From contig NMRA01000453.1 in the NCBI GenBank assembly GCA_002633005.1, positions 1 through 64,000 on the forward strand: a stretch of 64,000 nt of DNA, given 5' to 3'. Numbering within the stretch: the first letter of the stretch is position 1; each line of letters opens with the position of its first letter. Made by a program: the position numbers and the translations under genes. This document shows, piece by piece, positions 41,101 to 52,524 of the stretch. Source of the stretch: Phoronis australis (taxonomy: Eukaryota; Animalia; Phoronida). The notes beneath the pieces were generated by a model. It did no database searches. It saw nothing but the letters and a program-made list of their open reading frames with translations, and was not told the origin of the DNA.

Positions 41101-44100
41101 TTTATGATCAAGATTCACTTATTTGCATTGTCTTAAAGATGCAAATTAGGGCAAGCAGAAATTCTTCAAAATGGGTAAAATCTAGCTAGTAATCTTCCGT
41201 TAGGATGATCTTAATTTGGTTCTTTTGTTACAGTACTAGTATATTATTAGGAATGCTAACTCTTCATATTAAAAGCAAAACAAAATAGGGTTTCACCCCA
41301 AAACATAAACCAAAACAATGTCTTTCAAAGATGTCGTCAGGCTTTAATAAATTACATCAACCCCACTTGCACACAGTGAATAGTCTTGCAACTACTCACA
41401 GTTAAAACAAAACTTTAAGCTATAGACAGTGATCAAAATCAACATTTTCAGTCATGGAGCGGGGAAGCAATCCGAGGCTCCTTGTAGCAGTTTGTAAGGA
41501 TGGTCCTGTACTGAATTGTGAGAGGCCATAAAAAGGTAGATATGATGCAAGATTCACTTGTTGTTTTCAGGGCACAATTGAGGAGAAAATATATCAGAGA
41601 CAAATCAATAAGCAGGGTCTCAGTGGAGCAGTGGTGGATATGAAGACAGGCAGTGATATGAACTTCTCAAGGGATGATCTGAAGGTAGTGTCTCATGCTG
41701 ATAGTGCCATCAGACCTCGTTTCTTTTGAGCTTGGAAACTGTAACCATTAGCTCATACAGACATTTGGAGTTGTTAGGGGTTATTTGTCTTCAACTTTGT
41801 GGTTTTATCTTGGATGATTTTGGTAGATATCCTAGTGATTTATCCTTAATCTTCATACTACATTTCTTGTTAGTTGATCAGATAATGGATCACTCAATGT
41901 TCATTAGATAGTGCTAACGAACAAATGTACCTCGTTTTATCTTGTCATCAAGATTGAAAGCATGTCGTACACACATTTTTACATGTAGAACCCTTGTTTC
42001 ACTAGTGCCATACATATATTTGTACATGTTGGACCCTTGTTTCACTAGTGCCATGCACAAATCTACATTTAGGGCCTTCTTTCACTAGTGTCATGCACAC
42101 ATTTCAACTGGTAGGAACCTTGTTTCATAACTTTCATGCATACATTTCTACAGGTAGAACTCCTGTTCACTAGATCCATACATGCATTTTTACATGTAGG
42201 ACCCTTGATTCACTAGTGTCATACTTCTATATCTACAGGTAGGACCCTTGTTTCACTAATGCCATGCACACATTTCTGCACGTAGGACCCTTGTTTCACT
42301 AGTGCCATGTACACATTTTTACCGGTAGACCCTACACGTTTTTACAGATACAGGGCCTGTAATTTTCCTCTTTTAAAAGGATTTCTGCTTTTTTGGTTTT
42401 CATTTCATCTTATTTGCTTTCCAGTTTTCTCTTTTTTGTCTTTTTCATCATTATTTTGCCTCTATTCGTGCAAAACCTTTAAACTTTTATTTCAGTTTAA
42501 TTTTACAGCCCAAATATATTTCTATCACACAAGCCTATTTGTGGAACAAGATATCACCTGGAAAATTTTTCTCTTTTTTGTCATTCCAAGCCCTACAGGT
42601 AGAACTCTTGTTTAACTTGTGACATACATAAATTTCTTCATGTAGGACCCTTGTTTCACTTGTGCAATGAACACTTTTCTACAGGTAGGACCCTTTTTCA
42701 CTAATTACCATGTACAAATTTCTGTAGGTAGGATCTTGTTTCACTAGTGCCATGCACACACATTTTTACAAATAGGACCCTTGTTTCACTAGTACCATAT
42801 GCACATTTCTACAAGGTAGAACTCTTGTTTCACTAGTGTCGTGCACACATTTGTGCAGGTAGGACCCTTGTTTCACTAGTGCCAACTGGAAAATGTCTAG
42901 TTCCCTATTAACACTTGATTTACTGACCATTGTCATCACACAGGATATTTTTCACTTGAGAGAGGACATCGCTTGTGATACCCATGACTTGTTGGGCTGT
43001 CGGTGCCAGGATGTAGACCAGATTAAGCCTTCCATTAAATCATCACCAAAGGTGAGTTGAAGATACCATATCTTTAATCAAGCTGTTTTTCTATTAGTTT
43101 TGTTGAACCCTTATAATTTGCCATTCTACAAAGCTGCAATGTCAAAACATATGGTCATTCTTTATATGAATAACAGTTAGTGTATAAAAGTGTATTATTT
43201 TAAATAATAGTCATGGGTTATTACATAAAGGATTCACTTGGTGTGTCACATTAGTTCAATTTTTGTGCATTGTTTTTTCCAGAATAATTTATCCATGAAT
43301 GAGTTGAAAGACTGGCTTCATGTTCAAGTTGAAAATGAGGATTCTTTTGTTCAGGTAAACTCCAAATTTGTCAATCTTATAGATAGATTTTAGTCGTAGT
43401 TATACCATTTTAAAATGTAAAATACTAATCCAAATTTGCCATGATATACATAGCCTGTTGTACCTTTTAACTTTGTGTAACTACAGAAGTGCACTAATAA
43501 TAAGCAAGTAGTCTCGCTGTATGTTAGTATAACAACCAACTCCATTTATTTTCAATGGACGCAATCTGTGATCTTGCGCACAAGCCGTGACGTCACTATT
43601 CACTAGCGACACCTGGCAGACATAGCAGGTTTTACTTCGGCAAGTATGTCGTCTGGTAATCATGGTCATTTTGTCGGGATTTGGATCATCAATTTTGCTG
43701 AACTCATATTTGTGTTTAAATAAATTGAGCGCTCGTAAAACATTAACTTCAAATCTCATATTAATACTCCAGAAATAACCACCAGGCCTACTCAAAATCT
43801 ATCTCCTACTTCAACAGCAGTTTACATACTCCATGGGATGTTTCATTAAGCTTGAATGCACGCCAGCACCGCTAAAAATTTCAGTCTATGAAAATATTAC
43901 TAACTGATGTCGAAATTTTTTCGTTGTACTGGATAGTAAAATAGATGCAAGAATTTCCCATCACAATACACTAACCGGAAGCTGACTGCTAAGTTTTGAG
44001 GGTGGCCCCTCCTCTAGGATATTTCGCAAGAAAATTTCAGAGTTGCGAATCTGCTGTCTATAATCTATGGTACAACTGAATTTGTTGCTATACTGAGTGC

Positions 44101-45561
44101 AGTTTTGGAAACGTAGTTATCACCTTGGGCCAATCCATTTCACAGAATGGCAAGTGTACAATGTTTTCTCAATCATTTTGTAAGGAATCACAGAAAATTG
44201 AGTCATGAATTAAAGGAAGCTGACACTTGCTGTTTATTATCGTCAGAGTGGAGCTCATAAATGTTAATTTTTGTCTAAACAAACTGCTTCACTCTTAGTT
44301 TGAAAGTGACCATTTTTTACCAGTGGAAGCAGTGTTCAATACGACATTAATATTTCATTTTGTGGCATTTATGTGCACTCAGATTTGGTACGATTAAATA
44401 TTTAAGTTGTTTTAAACCTGTATTGTCATCCAAATCTTAAACAAGATTCATTAAATTCAGAAATTTGTGAATACTTTCGCTTACTAGCTACCCATGGCCA
44501 TCCGTAATAGAACCAGTTACATGAACTTTGTATACTTCGTGTTTGAGAAGTTTTGGATTGAGTATAGTTTCAAAAATGCTTACTAATTTTTTCTTGGTTT
44601 TTCCTGTGAAAAAATGGTGATTAACTCATTCTCAAGCTTTGTGCATGATATCTGAACCCTGATGACATGAACTGCGGCTAGTATGCGATCACTTCTTTGG
44701 AAAATTAAATTTTAAATGTATAGTTTTTCCTGTATGCACTAGGGAACACTCATTGAAGTTGACATATTTATCTAGTAACACATTTTTAGCAAAAATTAAG
44801 GACAAGATTTTTCTCACAGGCGTTTTGCTTTTACAAAGCAGCAACAACATCATATTCTTATTTCTTGCTTGATTTGAAATTAGATGACTAATAAAACACC
44901 AGAAATTCCGGGCCCTGATGGCCATAGTGTTCGAGGAGCTGGAACTAACCTGCCTTGACAAGCCAACTTAATGAGCCTGACCTGAATCAATAACAAGTTG
45001 TCAGTTCTTCTCGAGCCTTGAAATGGTTTTGTAATCCGAGTACTGTAAAATCTCACCAATTTAAGACACAATCTAGCAGACAAGTGAAATCTTACTTTCT
45101 CATTTTTTTCACAAACGACGTGCGGCACCAAATTAACACTTTTCCGTGTCCAAGCTTTGTATCATAGCTACCAATATTTCCAAAAATTGCAGACACTCAG
45201 CTATGTTGGATGCCCTTGATTAAAGGAAAAATAGCAATTTTTCAATTTTTGTCCGAAATTAATGAGATTTTACTGTAAGGAATGAAGTGAGATGATTTCA
45301 CAACTGTGGGTGGTCTATATAAAGTTATTTTTTGCATCTTTAAATAAACAATTAGAAATTGTGACTTTTGTTTTTATTCACCTCATGAGTTGCATATATC
45401 ATGTCTAGTTTTTAAGTGCCCTTGCAAAACTGCAATAGACCCTACTTGTTGCATTGTTAAATTTATTTCTAATTTTTCAGGACAAGTATCTATCACAAGC
45501 AAGCAGCAACATCTCATTCATCTTCTGGCATGAGAGTTACCAACAGCCTGTGCACAAATAG
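25738..45561 (+). CDS. RAD54B: DNA repair and recombination protein RAD54B (SNF2-family ATPase), 24 coding exons, about 853 aa
   Basis: Exons: 25738-25839, 25963-26148, 26703-26724, 27705-27759, 28271-28358, 28838-28931, 30262-30314, 30673-30762, 31509-31663, 31988-32035, 32765-32846, 33365-33445, 33761-33910, 34087-34198, 34730-34909, 35392-35612, 36155-36322, 36934-37060, 37235-37341, 38299-38364, 41571-41684, 42944-43051, 43283-43354, 45481-45561. All are GT-AG with consistent phases, total 2562 nt. RAD54B-type N-terminus ([29 protein letters not shown]). Helicase motifs: [88 protein letters not shown]. Confidence 0.95.
26195..26570 (-). mobile_element. HINE-like element fragment in a RAD54B intron
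   Basis: Reverse-strand units with CTAGTGGCAAT and TTTCATGAA, as in 1125-2385. Confidence 0.5.
26949..27492. mobile_element. MITE with ~70-bp imperfect TIRs
   Basis: AATTCCGTATCATGACGGCTGGG ... CCCAGCCGTCATGATGGGGAATT. Confidence 0.65.
32030..32282 (+). repeat. 17-bp minisatellite (~15 copies) starting at the RAD54B exon-10 donor
   Basis: Unit GATATGGTACGTACTTT. Confidence 0.92.
33470..33612 (+). repeat. Degenerate ~16-bp minisatellite
   Basis: Unit approximately TACCTGGTACATACCT. Confidence 0.7.
38043..38124 (+). repeat. (CA)n microsatellite
   Basis: Imperfect CA run. Confidence 0.9.
38995..39795 (+). repeat. 20-bp minisatellite interrupted by a hAT-like MITE
   Basis: Unit TATCTGTCATGTCACCACAT on both sides of 39062-39498. 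Confidence 0.88.
39062..39498 (+). mobile_element. hAT-like MITE (437 bp)
   Basis: TIRs CAGGGCTTGGAAT / ATTCCAAGCCCTG; flanks CTGTCAAT / CTGTCATG form an imperfect 8-bp TSD; near-identical end at 1-95. Confidence 0.85.
40227..40420 (+). repeat. 33-bp minisatellite (~5-6 copies)
   Basis: Unit AAGTAAGGTCATTTATATGACTAATACAATTAC. Confidence 0.85.
41965..42885 (+). repeat. ~43-bp minisatellite interrupted by a MITE
   Basis: Unit GTAGGACCCTTGTTTCACTAGTGCCATGCACACATTTCTACAG. Confidence 0.88.
42351..42594 (+). mobile_element. hAT-like MITE related to 39062-39498
   Basis: Starts CAGGGCCTGTAATTTTCC, ends GTCATTCCAAGCCCT; flanks TACAGATA / TACAGGTA. Confidence 0.65.
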
Positions 45562-48500
45562 ATTATTCTATTTGCCAATACTGTGATGTTCTAAATATTC
45601 TATAAAGCACCAATTCTGGTGCAAATCTGTCAGCAATAGGGTTTTGTAAGAGGAATTTCTGGATGGAACAACTTTCTCATGTTAAAATTCAGTATTTATG
45701 CTGCAAATTTCTCGATGAATCATCTATTTACTTTACACGTTTTAATTCAATCTTTATCGTTGGAATTTGAAGTTAGTTTTGTTTCTTGCTCAGTCTTGCC
45801 TTTTGCTGAATGTACATTTAACCAGAATTTGGTTTTGGCCTTTGAAGCAAGCACTGTGAAACTTTAGTCGGAATTAATGCTATCCTTGACATGAACTTGT
45901 GATTATATAATGATTTGAGAGTGAACAAGAACCTACAAATTCATATTATTTTGTACAACTGTGTCTAGTCTAGTCTATGGCTTTGCCACCCCTGTCAAAA
46001 GAGTTTGAATACTACTCAGAACCAGGAGACTGAACTTAACCAAAGGGTGGCGTTACCGTTTCACTGGTCTGAAAATTGTATTGTTCACTTATTATTGGAA
46101 AAAGTCTCATGACTCTTGTGACTGCAATAAACCGATGTTCCATAATAAGTATGGACCATTTTGTTCTATGTCTGTGGTATGAACTATATCAGTGATAAAC
46201 TCGAAACAAAGTGGCTGCCTGTAGAGGACAGTCCGCTTTTCTATATACAAATTCTGTTGGATTGATCTTTCAGTGCACAGATGATTCCATCTCCATGCTG
46301 AGGTCATTTCCAAGGAAAAATCAAACAGTGTCACAAATCTACCCTGAAACTTTCAAAATATGAAGGCAATTGCAGGTCATGAGACCTTTTAATTTCTAGT
46401 AAAATTACTATTCCTCAGGCTTCAATACTTTGTAAATTCATACAGGTAATGTCAATTTCAACTTCCTAACCGGCCCTTTAGTAAACAAATATCTTTGCCA
46501 TATTTCATAAAGTTTTGTGACGTCATGAAGAAGCTGCAGCTATGCTTAACTAATAACAATGGATGAGATTTTCCACGATTCTGATTGGATTACATAATCT
46601 ATTGTTGCTGTTTAATTGCACTATATAAAAAACAAAGTGATCTGTTTGTCTATGGATTGCACACTGACCCTTGTGGCCTTGTCTCACGAAGAGGGTGTAA
46701 AAGGTTATGTTTTGGTGCGCTTCAGGGGTGCTTAAAAACGTCAGTCAGTGAGGTAGTTGCGAAACGTAGAAAGTGAGGGGAAAGCTTTGAAACTTGAGGT
46801 TGCCTTTGTCGAGTTGTGCAACGAAAATGTGAAATTGCGTTTAACCAGTGAAGCCAGTTTATACTCGATTCTTAGCACCCGGGGGGGGGGGGGGNGGGGG
46901 GGGCTTGGAATTGACAGACAGAGGAGCGGTAAACCTAGTATCTGGTTAAAACTCTTACAAACCCACCTTACGTCAGAAATAACTTTCGATTTAGACCTCG
47001 TGCCCTATTAAACGACCTCAGCTTCTTCCTTAATAGTTACTCTGAAATCTGTGCTTCACACTTACCGTCACGGCAAATCTCATAGGTTGCCCAGAGTTGC
47101 CTGTTTCGTTCCTCACTAATAGGGAACAATATCCCTCTGACTTTATTTTGGTCATTTTTCTCAACCCCACTTCCCACATAATTCCTCAACGCTCATCTCT
47201 TGTGTGTTCACACGCACCTTCCGTATTGTCAGTTTTCCCCGTTACTTCATTCGAGCACGTTCCGTTGTTAGACATTCCATTATTTGCGTTTAACGCTTTC
47301 CAGGTTTATCTTCACGGTATGTATTTTTCCACGTAATTTCTATTTTTGACTTGCGTAATTAACTATTATGACACTTACTAACCTTACCTTGAGGCTCCTT
47401 TTACTACGCGCACTAAAACTTCAGATCACACCACATCAAAATATGAATGACAAAAATTTAAAGTGATTCCCTACCCAGGAAAAAACTGACATGTCGTTAC
47501 ATAAGATGACCACCGTGACAATCCAACTTAGTGACTGTTCTCTTAGCAATAACGCCTTACCAGTTCTCAAACCCTGAGATAACACCTAAACTAAACCACA
47601 GGCGTCCTCAGCTTCTGATCATCCCCAATACACTACTGAGGACGATTAGAAGCTGAGGACGACTGTGATCTAGACTAGCCCCACGGCAAACCAGGTTGCA
47701 AGTTCGTCGCATAGATATCGATATATAGGCGTATCCATTGTTAACTTTGTTTTTCTTATAATAAAGATAATGGCAAACATTTATTGGTAACGGTCCGGTG
47801 CGTCCAACTAGGTACGATATCCATGCTCCCTGTATTGTTATGTCCAACAAAAACGCATGAAAGAAAGGAAAACAATGGAAGTTTCCCATAAACTATAACC
47901 AAGCGACACGCTTACGCTCCTTGCATGAATCTCGCAAATTAAACAATGCCTTGCGACGTGCATACGACGTCATGCATTTGGCATTCAAGTGACGGAAGAT
48001 GGGGGAAAAATCGCTTAAATACAGTGTGTTGCTCGTCCCGGACGCAGTTTCCGTTGGGAATTACAATGGCGGAGACATGTCACTGGTGGCAATGACGCTG
48101 AAAAAGTCCGTGGGATAGCGAAACTGCAGACATGTCATTACATTACTGAACTCGTCTGTCTACTGGTGTTTTAAAATGTGGTCGCGTTCCTAATGAACAA
48201 CAGAAAAAGCAGGAAAATTTTAGAACAGAATGGTTATCGAGCTGCCCAACTAGTAAGTTTTTAAAGAGCAGAACTGAACTCTGCTTTCCGCCTGAAACTA
48301 ATTTTTATTTCAGCCACTTGCCGCTGTAAAATTGGTCTTATGTTGTTCCCTACTCTGACTTTAGAAGCTCATGATTTCTTGGGACCAAACTCATAACATG
48401 TCATGATCGTTTGGTTAAGTTCCGAGCCTGTAAAGCAAACCTGGGATAAAATTGGGATGGGTACACTTTCGTCAGTTGGGAAATTAACCTATATAAATGC

Positions 48501-49283
48501 AACCCATCTGAAGAGCACGTCTTTGCCAAATAATTACTTTAAAATATTTGTGAAACATGAACGTAAATTTCACTTGGTTTTTATTTACTCATGGATACTC
48601 GATATGATTTATCCATGAGGATATTCATCTAATTGTGGCGTATACTACATGCTTTTATCAGCGGCAGGCTCTTTTCTTCTTTCGTTCTCCTTGTATCATT
48701 GTGCTGCACTGCAGTTACCCCCAAATGCACGTTATAGGTTGTATGGTCGAAAAAATATTTTTATAATTATTGTTGAGAATCGTATAGGAACCTGGGAACA
48801 CCAACACGTGTGCTAATGTTTTTATTTGTTAGTAAATGCGCCATGCCGACGTGAAATAAACCTTTACTTTACTCACTTACATACGGCTGAAACCATCAAC
48901 TAAACACCCTGGCAACCGCTGGGCCACTGAGTTTGGCTAAATTAGTGAATAGAGGACAAGAACGACAACATGCTTGTGATCCGTTTCAATTTCGAGTAGA
49001 ATGAAGATTTAGGCCCCCACCTGAGTAACTAATGAGCCGTTTATAAATTACGAAGAATTTGCAACAATCATCCTGCAACATTTTCGTACTCCCCAATCTG
49101 CGGCCCACAGGAGAGTGAAAAATCCCTTGTTGCTATTTTTAGAAGGTGATTCAGCCACCTGGCAAGGTTTGCGTCAGATTCCGCTAGCGGCGCCTAGTGT
49201 ACTGTCAACAAAACTAATTCTGATTGCATCACATAGTCTATCCAATCACAACGAAAATAAATACGTCATTTTATTTTTAGCAA

Positions 49284-49302
49284 CCAATCAGAAAAAGCCA
49301 CG
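49284..49302 (+). promoter_or_regulatory. ER stress response element (ERSE, CCAAT-N9-CCACG) in the XBP1 promoter
   Basis: CCAAT cagaaaaag CCACG is an exact consensus match about 165 bp upstream of the ATG. There is a second CCAAT at 49242 and a CRE-like TACGTCA at 49262. Confidence 0.85.
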
Positions 49303-49466
49303 ACGACGTTCAGCTGGCATAAGTCAGGAAGTATCACGACAGAAACCAAGATGGTATAGTAGGTTACAAGTTGAGAAGCAGATTTTTTGCTCCAAGTTCC
49401 TCGCGGAATCCCCAAATTTATTCCAAGGCATCAGAAGAGTTTCTTCAAGAAACAAAGAATCTGACG

Positions 49467-52400
49467 ATGTCAATATTTAACCCCCGAACCATCGTAATCA
49501 ACGTACCGAAGCCCGCGACAACTGTAGCTGAAACAGTGCCTCTCAGGATGAAGCACGTATTTGCAGATCTCGATTTAGACGAATCCAACGATGGACAACC
49601 AAGGAAAAGGAGACGTTTAAATCACCTGACACCTGAGGAAAAGATGCTGCGAAGGTGAGCTCTGATGTTTCTTCGTAGCAGCTGTGAAGTGATGAATGTA
49701 CAACTAGTCAGAGTGCTTTGCTGGAACTTGGAATTCGCCCCTTGATCTCATCGCGTATTTTAGACAGTGACCACCGTCTCTAGCTGGCCCACTAGAGACG
49801 GTGTAGCTCCTATAGGAGGTTCATACGCCGAAAGTGTTTAAGCGAATTATGCCTCACACCAACTAAAACATCAAAATCACGTTGTTATTAATACATTTTG
49901 CGCATAGAGGTACGCCTTGGGAGGTCGTCGATGTCTTTAATTCCTTCCAACTGGAACAATACTCTCGTCATCAAACTTTTTCTTCGAGCAGTCCCTCGTT
50001 CAGTTCCCAAAATCGGTAACTGCTCATTTTTACACTTAGCACGCTAGGGGATATGAGGCACTTGCCACACGCAATTGTTAAAAATGGCCATTTTCCGATT
50101 TTGGGAACTGAAGTTCGTCTAACAATTCATCTGTTTACCTCCTGCTGCACTTGAAGTGCGTTTGATGTGTTGACTGCTGGGGATGGCAAATGCACCAATT
50201 TCACAAAATAAATGGGACAATTGTGAATTAATGCATTGAGTCTAGGAATTTTTTTTATTAATTTAAAGCTTGGAAGTCCCCAGAAGTTTTCAAATGAATT
50301 TTCAGTTAGCTGAATTATCGTCAGTCTGATCCTCGCTGTGGTATATTCGTGGCGACTTGAGATTTTTACCAGGCAGCCAAACGCGATCTGAAGTTGCAGT
50401 GACGAACTGCAAGCTGCCAAATTGAATAACTGAATAATTAGAGAAGTTCTTTACACTAAACAAAAAATACCTGGTTGCTTTTTTCACGCATATGTGATCT
50501 TGAAATTAAGCGGAATTCCAAGTTCTGGCGCAATAAAAGGTCCAGTTTATCCAAAGTTATCAGAATATAATGTGTCAGCTTCCTATACTTTACTGATAAT
50601 AATTTATAGTTTAATTTCATTTTCGTCATTTTGTCCATTAACTGAAAGTGAATGTGACTTTTGTTCCTAGAAAAATTCATGTTAAAAATTGATGTAGAAT
50701 CTCCACCTTAAGTTGTCATGCTTTATTACAGAAAATTGAAAAATCGTGTAGCAGCCCAAACAGCTCGTGATCGCAAAAAGGCTCGTGTGGATGAAATTGA
50801 ATTAATGTTATCACAGCTTGAAAAACAGAACAAAGACCTGATGGAGGAGAACCGTGTCCTTCGTCAACAGACAGGAAGCCTTTCACTGGAGAACCAACAG
50901 CTGAAGCAGAGGTTGGGGCTGTCATCGGAGGGTATTGTGAAGGAGGAGAAGTCAGTGTTACCTGAGTCTGCCGTACTCGTTCCTCTGCCGCAGGAGCATG
51001 CACTGACTCTCTCTCCCTCCATGATGCACTCAGTTGCGTTCCTAATGACCTTCAGGTATGCACATGTTCAAGGTTATCTGACTTGTGAAGAACTTGATAG
51101 TTTACTTGTCGGATGTTACCATCCGGAGTTAGCATTCCGTATTACACATGTTAACACCAGATTTCGGACACACTTATTGATAGCTTCAATGGGAAGATTC
51201 TCCACTTCTTGATTTGTTTGAGTTTGTGACTTCAGCTTTACCTAACGGGGAAACAAAATGTACTAGGGGCCTGTTTCGGGAAACTTTTTCTGTCTTTGAC
51301 CGAAATGGAACGAACTTAAGACCAAAATGTTTTAGCCCCCTTTTGTGAAATTTCTTGAGACCAGAATTAAGACCGAAAGTTAGCTTGCAGCGGAGTGTGG
51401 CTTGAGATTGTACTTTTGGTTCAGATGATCAAAGTTTACGTTGGTCATCACTGTTTACTGTTGAGAATGTTTTTCACAATCTTATGTCCTTAATGATGTC
51501 AATTTCAAGAGCGCCTGCTTTTTATTTGACAACCGGCAAAGTGGCCTAACCTCATAGAGATGATGCAGTTGTAGTTACTCGCACATTGAAATGATATTTT
51601 CCAACCATACCAGGGTATTAGCTTGTAAATGAGATTCCAATTGTATCCAAAATATTGAAAGTAAATCCCCACTTAGAGTTTGATGGCCAAAATTATTCTT
51701 GGAACCGTATTTCACACACCCCCTTGCTTAGTTTGTTGATTTCGCAACATGTGGCGAAAGGTAGTTTGTATGCTCACATATGTCAAAACTTGGTCTTAAA
51801 TTTCTGTCCATGTGTGAAAACCAAAAACAAAAACGAGCTTTGTGTTCATAATTTTGAGATTTTTTGTCTTTGGTCTTAACTTACTAGTTAGTCACTTTTC
51901 GTGTAATAGGCCCTAGGTGTCACAACTGACACAAGAGTCATTCCCATAGAAATGCCTGTATTCTTATTACAAGAATGTGCTCATGCTGATGAGCAGATTT
52001 CTGTACTCAGTTTATTTAAGATGTCATAAAAGGACCTCAAGTTTATTCAAGAGCATTACCTAGTGAATATGAGCTTACCCATTAGTGCTAATGTGTTAAA
52101 GCATCTTCCATATCAGTAGTTAAGTTCCAAACATGGTGTTATCATGTTTAATAATGAATGTAAAGCTCATCAACCAAAACAATGTGTCGACCCTCAATAC
52201 GGATCAAAACAATGGTTTTCAAAGATATAACTGTATAGTGCTTTTAAAGAATAGACTAGACAACTTTGTGTTTCACTTCGGTTACTTTGGTTAAAAGGAC
52301 ACTTTTTAGTCTTCGCTTGTATTTTTAGAATTAAATTGATTTTTTGCAGTCTGATTTGCTTGACCTCCTTGACCAACTTGATGAAACAAGTGCAGGCAGG

Positions 52401-52524
52401 AACACCATTACTCCAGAGTTTTCACCAGAACCCAGAGCACCAGAATTTGGACAAACCATGCAGTCTCCTGCTGGACAAATGGTGGGGCCCACAGCAGAGG
52501 AGTTGGAATCCGTCAAAGAACTAA
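49467..52524 (+). CDS. XBP1: XBP1 unspliced form XBP1u (alternative frame after 50970)
   Basis: Without IRE1 splicing the frame stays open through exon 2 and exon 3 to TAA at 52522-52524: PESAVLVPLPQEHALTLSPSMMHSVAFLMTFSLICLTSL...LLLDKWWGPQQRSWNPSKN*. It has a hydrophobic segment and a C-terminus resembling human CQWGRHQPSWKPLMN. Confidence 0.88.

Noticed and set aside
41965-42885. CRISPR-like appearance of regularly spaced repeats
   Set aside because: The units are contiguous and homologous throughout with no unique spacers, there are no cas genes, and the context is a eukaryotic intron.
47940-48260. CpG-rich stretch with CAATGGCGG and a GTAAGT donor-like site upstream of XBP1
   Set aside because: It could be an alternative promoter or exon, or a transposon remnant. 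The ATG closes after 9 codons and nothing else supports it.
51056-51212. Continuation of ORF 50718-51212 as an XBP1 C-terminus
   Set aside because: It reads through a strong donor (CAG|GTATG at 51055); the conserved u and s C-termini are both in exon 52350 onward.
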